In this document: positions 23,601-31,076 of the stretch, in pieces
How the letters are laid out: every line of letters begins with the position of its first letter
How positions within the stretch are numbered: position 1 is the first letter of the stretch
Assembly (NCBI GenBank): GCA_022646745.1
Contig: CP060262.1
Coordinates: forward strand, 1,710,001 to 1,742,000
Direction: 5' to 3'
DNA: 32,000 nt
Source of the DNA: Planctomycetales bacterium
Lineage (GTDB): Bacteria > 4484-113 > JAFGCY01
Program-made: the position numbers and the translations under genes
The notes under the pieces: generated by a model
Database searches by the model: none
Seen by the model: the letters and a program-made list of their open reading frames with translations, nothing else
Told to the model about the DNA's origin: nothing

Positions 23601-24981
23601 TGGTCAGCGGGTTGAAGCCGCTCACCGCCGTGGCGGCGATGTCGGCGCTCGGGTCGACATTGCTCACGCTGGCAACGGTGGCCTCGAAGGGGTTGGCCTG
23701 GAAGGTGTCGGTACCGCCGCTGTTGTCAGTCACGCGCACCAGCGGGGCGAAGGTGCCGGCCGTGCCGTACTTGTGGTTGATCAGCGGCTCGAAGCCATAG
23801 GCGTCAAACAGGCCGTCGCCCTCGAAGTCCCATTCGTAGAAGATGATGTTGCCATCCTCATCAGTGCTGGCTGAGGCATCCAGCTCGACGGGCAGCGGGA
23901 TCCCCTGGCCGAGGATGCGCAGGCTGAGCCTGGCCTCCGGCAGGAAGTTGTAGTCCGGCTCACCGGGGCCGACCTCCGGGTCGGTGCCCAGCCCGCCGCC
24001 ATTGATGTTGGAGCGGGTGCCCTCGTTGTCGCCAACGAAGGGGCGCACCCAGTAGAACTCATCCGCCGCCGGGCTGGCAACAACGCTCTGCCAGCTGCGG
24101 CGCTCCAGCATCGCATTGGAGAAGCTGTCACCGAAGCTGAGTTCAGCGATCGGGTCCACCGTGCTGGCCTCGCCGTAGCCGACCGGTACGTCATTGATGT
24201 CGTTGCTGGCGAACACGCGGTAGCCGTCGACATTGTTGCCCCAGTAGCGGCCGATCACGGACAGGTCCGCCAGCCCGATCTCGCCGTCGGAGTTGCCGTC
24301 GATCACGCTCTGCGCGCTTTCGTAGTCAAAGGGGCCACTTTCGCCGAAGTGCAGGCCGAGCGGCACCAGGTCCGCCAGCCCGACCACGCCGTTCTGGTCG
24401 AAGTCGCCCGGGTTGTTGTAGTACCAGGTCAGGGTCGTAGTATCCACATCCCAGAACAGCGGGGACAGTGCCGCGGAATGCACCGGCACGCCGCTCATGC
24501 CACGCGTGGGCAGCATGCCCGTGTTGTCAAACAGGGCGGTGGCCAGCACGGTGCCGGCCTCGACCGACCGCTGGCTGTTGCCAAGCGGCACCCGGCCGTA
24601 GCTCAGGAGGCCCGGGGCCTCAAGCTGCTCGATGCTGATCGCCTCACTGCCGGGGCCAAGCGCTTCAGTGGCGGAGACTCCGAGCGGGCTGTAGCTTGCG
24701 CTGTCGTAATGCAGCTCCATGAGCAGGCTGCCTGCATTCAGCGGACGCGCCGCGCTGATCTCCAGCACGGTCTGGCTGCCTTCAGTGCGGGTGCTAAGGC
24801 TGAGCTCGCTGGCGTCAATTGCCCGCCCGCCTGCGGTTGGGGTGCTGAGCGAGAAGCCACTCGTTGAATGAGCATCCGGGCTTTGTGCTGCCTGGTCCAG
24901 GGGGCTGCCCTGTCCGCCGCAGCCGGCGAGCAGCAGGCTGATCGCAAGGATGGTCAAGCCGGTAAGTGCTATGCGTTGCAT
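20680..24981 (-). CDS. giant surface lipoprotein: dockerin-like module, ~8 PKD domains, C-terminal Asp-box/BNR-like repeat propeller
   Basis: ATG at 24981 with a GGAGAGG RBS gives MQRIALTGLTILAISLLLAGC (lipobox). The dockerin-type duplicated Ca-binding loops are DFDQNGVVGLAD and DGNSDGEIGLAD. Eight W/F-x-(W/F)-D-x-(D/E)-G-D-G style PKD cores are present. About seven C-terminal blocks have the form ...NPAI.Y......KY.RA.D..G.SWG. Confidence 0.85.
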   Translation of the reverse strand: MQRIALTGLTILAISLLLAGCGGQGSPLDQAAQSPDAHSTSGFSLSTPTAGGRAIDASELSLSTRTEGSQTVLEISAARPLNAGSLLMELHYDSASYSPLGVSATEALGPGSEAISIEQLEAPGLLSYGRVPLGNSQRSVEAGTVLATALFDNTGMLPTRGMSGVPVHSAALSPLFWDVDTTTLTWYYNNPGDFDQNGVVGLADLVPLGLHFGESGPFDYESAQSVIDGNSDGEIGLADLSVIGRYWGNNVDGYRVFASNDINDVPVGYGEASTVDPIAELSFGDSFSNAMLERRSWQSVVASPAADEFYWVRPFVGDNEGTRSNINGGGLGTDPEVGPGEPDYNFLPEARLSLRILGQGIPLPVELDASASTDEDGNIIFYEWDFEGDGLFDAYGFEPLINHKYGTAGTFAPLVRVTDNSGGTDTFQANPFEATVASVSNVDPSADIAATAVSGFNPLTIGFIGSGSYDVDGLLVKFQWDFDGDGNFDLDSGSDSTVLHTYNDSGTFLAKLRVTDNSGDSAEDTIEITVLDPPANIAPVADVIASPSGGTAPLTVSFDAGGSVDPDGQITSYFWSWDEGGVPFGSGKDPSVSHTFNNPGVYDVVLTAIDNGGKQDTDTVTITVVPPGVNVPPSADLVVLPPTGVVPLNAILDASGSNDPDGVVTDYSWDFGDGSPVISTGTDPTTFHPYLAAGSYSATVTVTDNDGGVDSDSFLVVVSAPPANLVPVADIFAVPTSGDSPLTVAFTAAGSTDLDGSIVSYVWDWDDGTAAEDSGADPTISHLFGASGVYDVVLTVQDDDGATDTDTIQVNVTNVSNIPPTADIYASVLSGPAPLTVPFTAAGSSDPDGVIVNYSWDWDDTTTTDSGADPSVAHTFSNPGTYNVVLSVTDNDGASDTDTIVITVTSGGGANQAPTAFFTADTTSYTGVPLTVTFNPAGSSDPDGTIVRYDWDWEGDGLFDATSFTNATVQHTYTVFAEYNPVLVVTDNENATDSHTVAILPDIPPVADIVTSPNPSGTGVTVTVDASGSDDPGGSITKFEFDLDGNGSYETDNGTNPVATTSFGSTGDYILRVRITDNDNNQDTAQVTHQVRIAELITVTTAGSPATRIKADIIGGNPAIIYYDASGQDLKYVRATNTSGTSWGSPVTVAFTGDVGRNAHLVEANGRPAVCYNNNSGGLYYLRADDATGANWTETNKVEVYSGSVSDCEMEVISGNPAICYIDNAANATKYVRASNADGSSWGTVRTVNSGGTNGGGVPSLAVVNGMPAVAFFYWNGSAGVKYRRASDVDGASWGSTVTIASNASVNDSYDNPSLLVINGNPAISYESRTGSDIVYKRATDANGTSWGSQVNVATNDDNTVSSLLWSNSLPFVAYFENNANQVRMAWGSDASGTAFDATDLVDTGDNDIDTIEVGGNPFIVYFNGGVKVARVF

Positions 24982-25117
24982 GCAATCCTCTCCAGTAGTC
25001 GTTGTCCTGTATCGACCCGTTAGTAGAGCCATCACCCCTGGGGGGTGGTCCGCCTACATTTTACGTGACTTTAATGGACTGTGTGCGCTAAAGGAGGATT
25101 TCGTCTCAATCAGGGGA

Positions 25118-26083
25118 TCAGCTCATCCAGGGCAGGCGGTCGAGGTCCACATTGCCGCCGGTGAGGATCATGCCGACGCGCTTGCCGGCGATGTCCATCC
25201 GGCCGGACAGCGCGGCCGCCAGCACCGTGGCGGAGGAGGCTTCGATGATCAGGTTCGTGCGCTCCCAGAACAGGCGCATCGCTGCCGTGATCTCATCGTC
25301 GCTGACGCGCTCGACCTGCAGTTCGTAGTCGCGCATGATGCCAAAGGTCAGTTCGCTGATCCAGGCCTTCAGCCCGTCGCAGATGGTGTCTGTGTTGTCA
25401 TTGATCTGCGGGGAGCCGATGCGCAGCGAGCGCCAGGCGTCATCCGTGATCTCGGGCTCGGCTGCGATCACGCGGCAGTCCGGCGCGATGGCCTGTGTGG
25501 TGATGATCGAGCCGCAGACGATCCCGCCGCCACCGACCGGCGTCATCAGGATGTCGAGGCCGGGGCAGTCCTCGTGGAACTCGAGTGCGGCCGTGCCCTG
25601 GCCGGCGATGATGCGCGGGTCGTCAAACGGGTGAACGGAAGCCGCACCGGTGCGCTCGATGATTTCGTTGACAACACGGCGGCGGTCCTCGATGTCAGTG
25701 GTACAGAACACCACCTCCGCGCCGAGTTCGCGCACGGCATCCACCTTGAGCGCGACCGCGTCCTCGGGCATCACGAGCCAGGCCGGGATGCCGCGCATGC
25801 GGGCGGCGCGGGCCACGGCCTGGGCGTGGTTGCCGCTGGAATGGCCGACCACGCCGCGCGCGGCCTCCTCGTCCGTGAGCTGCATGATGGTGTTCAGTGC
25901 ACCGCGGATCTTGAAGGCCCCGATGCGCTGCAGGTTCTCACACTTGAAGAACACGCGCGCGCCGGTGAGCGAGTCCAGGTGTGCGCAGGTATGCACCGGT
26001 GTGCGGTGGATCCAGTCACGGATGCGGGCATGCGCGGCCTGGATGTCGGCAAACACGGGCGGCTGCTTGGGATCGGCGGACAT
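25118..26083 (-). CDS. PLP-dependent threonine/serine dehydratase (serine racemase) family enzyme
   Basis: 321 aa. Contains FFKCENLQRIGAFKIRGA (PLP lysine), SSGNHAQAVA and the GGGG loop. Confidence 0.85.
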   Translation of the reverse strand: MSADPKQPPVFADIQAAHARIRDWIHRTPVHTCAHLDSLTGARVFFKCENLQRIGAFKIRGALNTIMQLTDEEAARGVVGHSSGNHAQAVARAARMRGIPAWLVMPEDAVALKVDAVRELGAEVVFCTTDIEDRRRVVNEIIERTGAASVHPFDDPRIIAGQGTAALEFHEDCPGLDILMTPVGGGGIVCGSIITTQAIAPDCRVIAAEPEITDDAWRSLRIGSPQINDNTDTICDGLKAWISELTFGIMRDYELQVERVSDDEITAAMRLFWERTNLIIEASSATVLAAALSGRMDIAGKRVGMILTGGNVDLDRLPWMS

Positions 26084-26147
26084 AGCAGTTATAGTAGCAA
26101 TGGGACTAGGTTCTCATTTGTGTGAAATTTCTGAGAATGGCTTGACA

Positions 26148-26167
26148 AGAGAGAGAGAGAGAGAGAG
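26148..26167. repeat. (AG)10 dinucleotide microsatellite immediately after a TTGACA box
   Basis: TTGACA at 26142-26147 is followed by agagagagagagagagagag (26148-26167) and then ttaactt. It lies about 40 nt upstream of the Cys-rich gene start. Confidence 0.9.
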
Positions 26168-26206
26168 TTAACTTGAACTCAATTAATTGAATACGAGGTA
26201 ATCTTC

Positions 26207-26662
26207 ATGAAGCTTGTTGCATTTGGATATTCAGTATTGGTTGTCTCTTTGTTCTTAGCATCTACTGAGGCTAAAGCAGAATGTGACTGTCCCGTTGGCA
26301 TCTTTGGAGATTGCGCAAATTATAGCTGTAAGGTTGAGTTTACGGGAAACTCAACAGGTTCCTATCGATTCGTAGGTTCGTATCCGTGTTCCGGAGGAGG
26401 ATCTGCTAACTTTTATGTTTGGGTTGAACAATGTGATGCAGCTTTGAATTATAATTGCAGCGGACCACCTACGAATGAGTGTTGGTATAATCTCGAATGT
26501 ATTAAATGCAGCCGTACAACATGGGAAGATGGTCCACTTGGATGCTCTCCCGCGTATCCGACTGATCCTACTTCCTTCTCGATTCCTAAAATGGGTTGGT
26601 GTTGCGACATTGCTGGACATTGGGCAATACATGCTGGACATTATCATTATTGCGGAAGTTGA
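26207..26662 (+). CDS. small secreted cysteine-rich protein (14 Cys), unknown family
   Basis: GAGGT RBS. Signal peptide MKLVAFGYSVLVVSLFLASTEAKA. The mature ~127 aa has 14 Cys and a His-rich tail HWAIHAGHYHYCGS. Codons are A/T-rich, unlike both neighbouring genes. Confidence 0.7.
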   Translation: MKLVAFGYSVLVVSLFLASTEAKAECDCPVGIFGDCANYSCKVEFTGNSTGSYRFVGSYPCSGGGSANFYVWVEQCDAALNYNCSGPPTNECWYNLECIKCSRTTWEDGPLGCSPAYPTDPTSFSIPKMGWCCDIAGHWAIHAGHYHYCGS

Positions 26663-26734
26663 TAAACCGATTATCCAGAGAATTGTCATTAACAGACCTA
26701 GTACACCTAAGATTCTAACCAATAGGAGAATGAA

Positions 26735-27580
26735 ATGAGTTGCATGAGAACGAAGTCCAGATTTTTCTTGCTCTGTATGATTTTTGTAGTCTTTTATTCG
26801 GGATTTTCCTATGCAGAAGATAAAGGAATGTACCCCATTGAAGTTGAACAAGACTATTATGGTGAATTTGCTATGAGTAAGTGCCCATCCTTGGTATTTA
26901 TTAGCGAAGCACCTCAAGCCTACTTCAAAGTATTCGGAGAGTGGCCTGAGACATTCCAGGCGATCATTGACGAAGGGCTAATACGCGACAACTTAACGAT
27001 TGATGGTGAACATGTTATTTCTCCTGATGACGGAATTCTCGATGGATATTATGATCGTTTATACATCTATCGCGGTCCTCAAACTCCACCACAGATTGCC
27101 ACTATGGGAAGTGTTAAGTTGTCAGAGAACGCACAAGAACATGCAGATTCAACAGGTTTTATCAGTACTCTTCCGGATGGATCAACTGCAATGAGCTTGC
27201 CAAATCTGAAACCTCTTCATGTATATGCGGAACAAAGCAAGAGAAAACTTGAGAGTGACCCGGATCTGAATGCAAATGCAAGTGAGGCAAGGTATGGAGG
27301 CAATCTGGCAGCACATAAACTGATGGCGATTGCTTACATGTGCATGGTGGGTTCTGGTGAATATCATGCTGTGTATGGTACATTCCCTGCCAATGAGGAC
27401 TGGGAGCAGTTTGTGGACACAGGGTTCTGCCCGGTCACGAGTGACATGCTGAATCCGGCAACTGGAATGCCTTTCAACACAGACGGTTCTCCATTCAGCC
27501 TGGATTTCATGCACCTACCGAATGGTAGTTTCACGGTCAGCGTACATGGTGACAACGGAGACTATGTCAAAGCCTGGTAG
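26735..27580 (+). CDS. secreted protein of unknown function (same A/T-rich islet)
   Basis: AGGAG RBS at 26724-26728. The N-terminus has a hydrophobic signal (RFFLLCMIFVVFYSGFSYA). A weak internal duplication is visible around Y..V(F/Y)G.(W/F)P......(I/V)D.G. Confidence 0.7.
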   Translation: MSCMRTKSRFFLLCMIFVVFYSGFSYAEDKGMYPIEVEQDYYGEFAMSKCPSLVFISEAPQAYFKVFGEWPETFQAIIDEGLIRDNLTIDGEHVISPDDGILDGYYDRLYIYRGPQTPPQIATMGSVKLSENAQEHADSTGFISTLPDGSTAMSLPNLKPLHVYAEQSKRKLESDPDLNANASEARYGGNLAAHKLMAIAYMCMVGSGEYHAVYGTFPANEDWEQFVDTGFCPVTSDMLNPATGMPFNTDGSPFSLDFMHLPNGSFTVSVHGDNGDYVKAW

Positions 27581-27598
27581 GCGGGGTAGCAGCCCGGT

Positions 27599-28648
27599 TC
27601 AGTAACCGCGCGTGCAATCCACGATGTTAAGCAGGTCATCCCGGCCGGCGCTCAGGCGCTTGAGGTTCTCGATCACTTCATCCCAGCGCTCAAGGTCGTC
27701 AAAGGGCGAGGCGGCGCGATGCGGGCTGAGCACTACATTGCCAAGTTCGTGGAAGGGGCGGTGCCAGGGGAACATGCGGCCCTGTTCATCAGGTTCAGGG
27801 CGGTAGTCGTACCAGACATCAATCGCGGCCCCGGCGAGGAAGCCGCTTTCAAGCGCTTCGAACAGCGCGTCCTCTTTGACAACACCGCCGCGTGCCACGT
27901 TGACAAGGAAGCTGCCCTGGCCCAGCAGCTCGATCTCGCGCCTGCCGATCAGGCCTTCACTGTCAGGCGTGAAGGGCACGGCGACCACCAGCACATCCAC
28001 CGCCTGCAGGAAGTCGTCAAGCTGCTCTATCGAGTGCAGGCCGTCCAGCGTGGCCGGGCTGTCAGTTGACAGGCTGCCGCTTCTGTTGCAGGCGAGCACC
28101 CGGCAGCCGAAGCCGGAGAGCATCAGGTGCACATTGCGGTTGACATGGCCGTAGCCCAGCAGGCCGATTGTCCTGTGGCTGATCGGTGTGTTGGCAAGGA
28201 ATTCATCCCCCAGCCGCCACTTCCCCGCAAGCATTGCGTTATGGTGCTGCACGGTGCCGCTGAGCATTGCCAATAACAGCGTGACGGTGGTCTGCGCGGT
28301 GAAGGCCGCATTGCCATGCCCGTTGATCAGCACGATGTCCCGCGTCTGCTGGATCTCAGCGAACATGCCGTAGAGGTGCTGCACCCCGGCGCCGGGGTTG
28401 ATCACGGCTTTGAGTTTCGGCGCAGCGTCAATCAGTGAGCGCGTCGGACGCCAGCCGAGCAACACATCGGCATCACCGGCCAGCGGCAGCAGCAGCGATT
28501 CATCCGCTCCGGTCCATTCATGGCCATCGGGAGCGGAGATGAAGTGCACGGGCCAGCCCTTGAGCCCCTTTGTCATGTAGTCCAGCAGCTCGGGGCGCGG
28601 CTGCCAGAGGCAGAGCACATTGATGTCACGATGGCGGGGATCAGGCAT
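27599..28648 (-). CDS. D-isomer-specific 2-hydroxyacid dehydrogenase family, NAD-binding
   Basis: 349 aa. Contains IGLLGYGHVNRNV (Rossmann GxGxxG), LVNVARGGVV, AAIDVW and LSPHRAA (catalytic His). Confidence 0.82.
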   Translation of the reverse strand: MPDPRHRDINVLCLWQPRPELLDYMTKGLKGWPVHFISAPDGHEWTGADESLLLPLAGDADVLLGWRPTRSLIDAAPKLKAVINPGAGVQHLYGMFAEIQQTRDIVLINGHGNAAFTAQTTVTLLLAMLSGTVQHHNAMLAGKWRLGDEFLANTPISHRTIGLLGYGHVNRNVHLMLSGFGCRVLACNRSGSLSTDSPATLDGLHSIEQLDDFLQAVDVLVVAVPFTPDSEGLIGRREIELLGQGSFLVNVARGGVVKEDALFEALESGFLAGAAIDVWYDYRPEPDEQGRMFPWHRPFHELGNVVLSPHRAASPFDDLERWDEVIENLKRLSAGRDDLLNIVDCTRGY

Positions 28649-28667
28649 GGGAGAAGTGTAGGGGAAA

Positions 28668-28775
28668 CCAGTGGTCAGTAGTCAGTGGTCAGAAGTCAGA
28701 TCGCATTCTTCCTGACCACCGACCACTGACCACCGACCACTGACCACCGACCACTGACCACCGACCACGGACCAC
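28668..28775. repeat. hairpin-forming inverted heptamer arrays (CAGTNGT / NNGACCA), right arm 14-nt unit x4
   Basis: The left arm is ccagtgg tcagtag tcagtgg tcagaag tcag (28668-28699). The loop is atcgcattcttc. The right arm is ctgaccaccgacca x4 (28712-28767) plus cggaccac. There are 26/32 Watson-Crick pairs on the plus strand. Four of the six mismatches are A-C, which become G-U on the minus strand. Confidence 0.85.
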
Positions 28776-28921
28776 TATGCTTCAATCGTGCACAAATGGA
28801 CGATCACACGGCCTGCACACGATAAAATCACTTCCGCAGACATACATAGGACCAGCACACAGCAGAATCCCGGCCCGGTCGAGGTCCGACCGCACATCAG
28901 GGGCCGGCAGCAGGAGCGGAT

Positions 28922-30319
28922 ATGACAGCAGCAGACAACCAGGCGGCGGTGGTGGAACGCCTCGCATCTTCCACAGGCGGCAGCCTCAGCCCCGAGCGGC
29001 TTTCCGAGCTGCACACTGAGTTCATGGCGCATCCGACGGCAAGCCTGATGCGGAATGCCGTCACCCAGGTGAGCGTGATGGACATCGCGCAGAACCGCGA
29101 CATCATCACCTCCACGCCGCATACCTTCAGCCACAAGCTGGACGACTGGAAGGTAACCAACCAGCGTGCCAGCGGACGATGCTGGCTGTTCGCCGGCCTG
29201 AACCTGCTGCGCGTCGGCGCGATGCAGGCGATGAACATCAAGGAATTCGAGTTCTCACAGACCTACCTGCACTTCTGGGACAAGTTCGAGCGGGCGAACT
29301 ACTTCCTCGAGGCGATCATCGCCACGGCGGAGCGCGACATTGACGACCGCACCGTGGCCTTCCTCTTGGACAAGCCGCTCGAGGATGGCGGGCAGTGGAA
29401 CATGTTCGTCAACCTCGTGAAGAAGCACGGCCTGGTGCCGCAAAGCGCTATGCCCGAGAGCGAAAGCTCCAGCAACACGCGCTACATGAACGCAATCGTG
29501 ATCTCCAAGCTGCGCGACTTCGCCCAGCAGCTGCGTGATGCCGTTGCCAGCGGCAAGTCCGAGGACGAGGTGCGCAAGCTGAAGGACGGCTTCGTCTCCG
29601 TGGTCTACCGCATGCTGTGCATCCACCTCGGCACACCGCCGCAGAGCTTTGACTGGGAGTGGCGAGACAAGGACAACAAGTTCCACCGCGACGGGAAGCT
29701 GACCCCGCAGCAGTTCGCCGACAAGTACGTCTCGATCAACCTCGATGACTACGTCAGCATCGTGCATGACCCGCGCGAAAGCAGCCCGCAGGGCCGCACC
29801 TACACCGTTGACATGCTTGGCAACGTGGTGGGTGGCGACATCGTGACCTACCTGAATGTTGACATCGAGCTGATGAAGCAGCTCACCATGAAGCAGATCA
29901 CCGACGGCCAGCCGGTCTGGATGGGCTGTGACGTGGGCAAGATGATGGACCGCCGCCGCGGCGTGTGGGACCGCGAGCTGTTCGGCTTCGAGCGGATCTA
30001 CGACACGCCCTTCGCGCAGGACAAGCCGGGCCGCCTGCTGCACCACCAGACCCTGATGACGCACGCGATGCTGTTCACCGGCGTGGACGTGGTTGACAAC
30101 GACCCGCGGCGCTGGCGCGTGGAGAACTCCTGGGGCAGCGAGGGCGGCGAGCAGGGCTTCTACGTGATGAATGACAACTGGTTCGACGAATACATGTTCG
30201 AGATCGCCGTACCAAAGGCGCTGCTGAGTGCTGAGCTGCAGCAGGCGCTGGAGGGCGAGCCGACAGTGCTGCCGGCATGGGACCCGATGGGCGCCCTGGC
30301 CGGGGAGTGCATGGGCTGA
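28922..30319 (+). CDS. pepC: aminopeptidase C / bleomycin hydrolase (C1B cysteine peptidase)
   Basis: 465 aa with an AGGAG RBS. Contains the active-site motif NQRASGRCWLFAGLN and the conserved C-terminal region WRVENSWG. Confidence 0.88.
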   Translation: MTAADNQAAVVERLASSTGGSLSPERLSELHTEFMAHPTASLMRNAVTQVSVMDIAQNRDIITSTPHTFSHKLDDWKVTNQRASGRCWLFAGLNLLRVGAMQAMNIKEFEFSQTYLHFWDKFERANYFLEAIIATAERDIDDRTVAFLLDKPLEDGGQWNMFVNLVKKHGLVPQSAMPESESSSNTRYMNAIVISKLRDFAQQLRDAVASGKSEDEVRKLKDGFVSVVYRMLCIHLGTPPQSFDWEWRDKDNKFHRDGKLTPQQFADKYVSINLDDYVSIVHDPRESSPQGRTYTVDMLGNVVGGDIVTYLNVDIELMKQLTMKQITDGQPVWMGCDVGKMMDRRRGVWDRELFGFERIYDTPFAQDKPGRLLHHQTLMTHAMLFTGVDVVDNDPRRWRVENSWGSEGGEQGFYVMNDNWFDEYMFEIAVPKALLSAELQQALEGEPTVLPAWDPMGALAGECMG

Positions 30320-30326
30320 AATGAGC

Positions 30327-30356
30327 GGGGCCACTGCGGTGGCCCCTTTTCATTTG
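30327..30356 (+). terminator. rho-independent terminator after pepC
   Basis: ggggccac-tgcg-gtggcccc followed by ttttcattt. Confidence 0.65.
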
Positions 30357-30363
30357 GAGAGAG

Positions 30364-31071
30364 ATGAGCGAGGACAACACACAGCAGGAGCAGCCGCAGG
30401 AGCCGAAGCGGGCGAAGTATGCGCCGGACCCGGGCTTCACCGCCGAGCGCGACCGGCGCATGATCGTGCTCAGCTGCGCGGTGCTCGTGGTGATGACGCT
30501 CGTGATCTTCCTGATGGTGCGCCACCGGTACATCCAGCTGAAGGACGTAGCGCCGGTGAACGTGCAGATCTCCATGACGGACAAGCAGGTGATCCGCGAC
30601 GAGGCGAGCGTGGTGGATCCGGCGGCCATCGTGGCCGACCCGGAGGGCAGCCTGGCCGTCTGGACGGAAAGCAGCGGCAGTGTGCTGTTCGTGCATGACA
30701 AGAAGGGAGACCCGATCAACTGGGATGATCCGAATCCCTCGCTTGGGACGGTCTACTGGCTGGACTGCGGCCTGCCGGTGACGGCGGTCAAGCCACAGGC
30801 ACCGGTGACGGGCGTCGGCGGGCGGATCCGCTTCTGGGGCCAGGTGGCGGCGACTTCAACGGACAAGCTTGAGTTCTCCGACAGCGTGGCCAGTGAGGTG
30901 CTGCCGGAATTCGGCATCGAACCCGGCCAGCGCATCGCGATCTTCTTCGCCTCGGAGATCGAGGAAGAGGGGCGCGACACCCCGCTGGGTGAGGAGATTG
31001 ACCCATTGGCGGAAATCAGCGGAGCAGGCTCCGCTGGGCAGGGCAGTGCGGCGGACACCGCAGGAGAGTAG
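30364..31071 (+). CDS. single-pass membrane-anchored protein of unknown function
   Basis: 235 aa. It has a charged N-terminus, one TM helix ([20 protein letters not shown]) and GC3 bias. Its end is 6 nt from the ppa start. Confidence 0.65.
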   Translation: MSEDNTQQEQPQEPKRAKYAPDPGFTAERDRRMIVLSCAVLVVMTLVIFLMVRHRYIQLKDVAPVNVQISMTDKQVIRDEASVVDPAAIVADPEGSLAVWTESSGSVLFVHDKKGDPINWDDPNPSLGTVYWLDCGLPVTAVKPQAPVTGVGGRIRFWGQVAATSTDKLEFSDSVASEVLPEFGIEPGQRIAIFFASEIEEEGRDTPLGEEIDPLAEISGAGSAGQGSAADTAGE

Positions 31072-31076
31072 CTTCA

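Noticed and set aside
2840-28775. Uniform arm polarity as evidence of a replication-strand (lagging-strand ssDNA) bias
   Set aside because: For an inverted repeat, a G-rich 5' arm and C-rich 3' arm reads the same on both strands. The observation therefore carries no information about strand or replication direction. It was kept only as an intrinsic property of the element termini.
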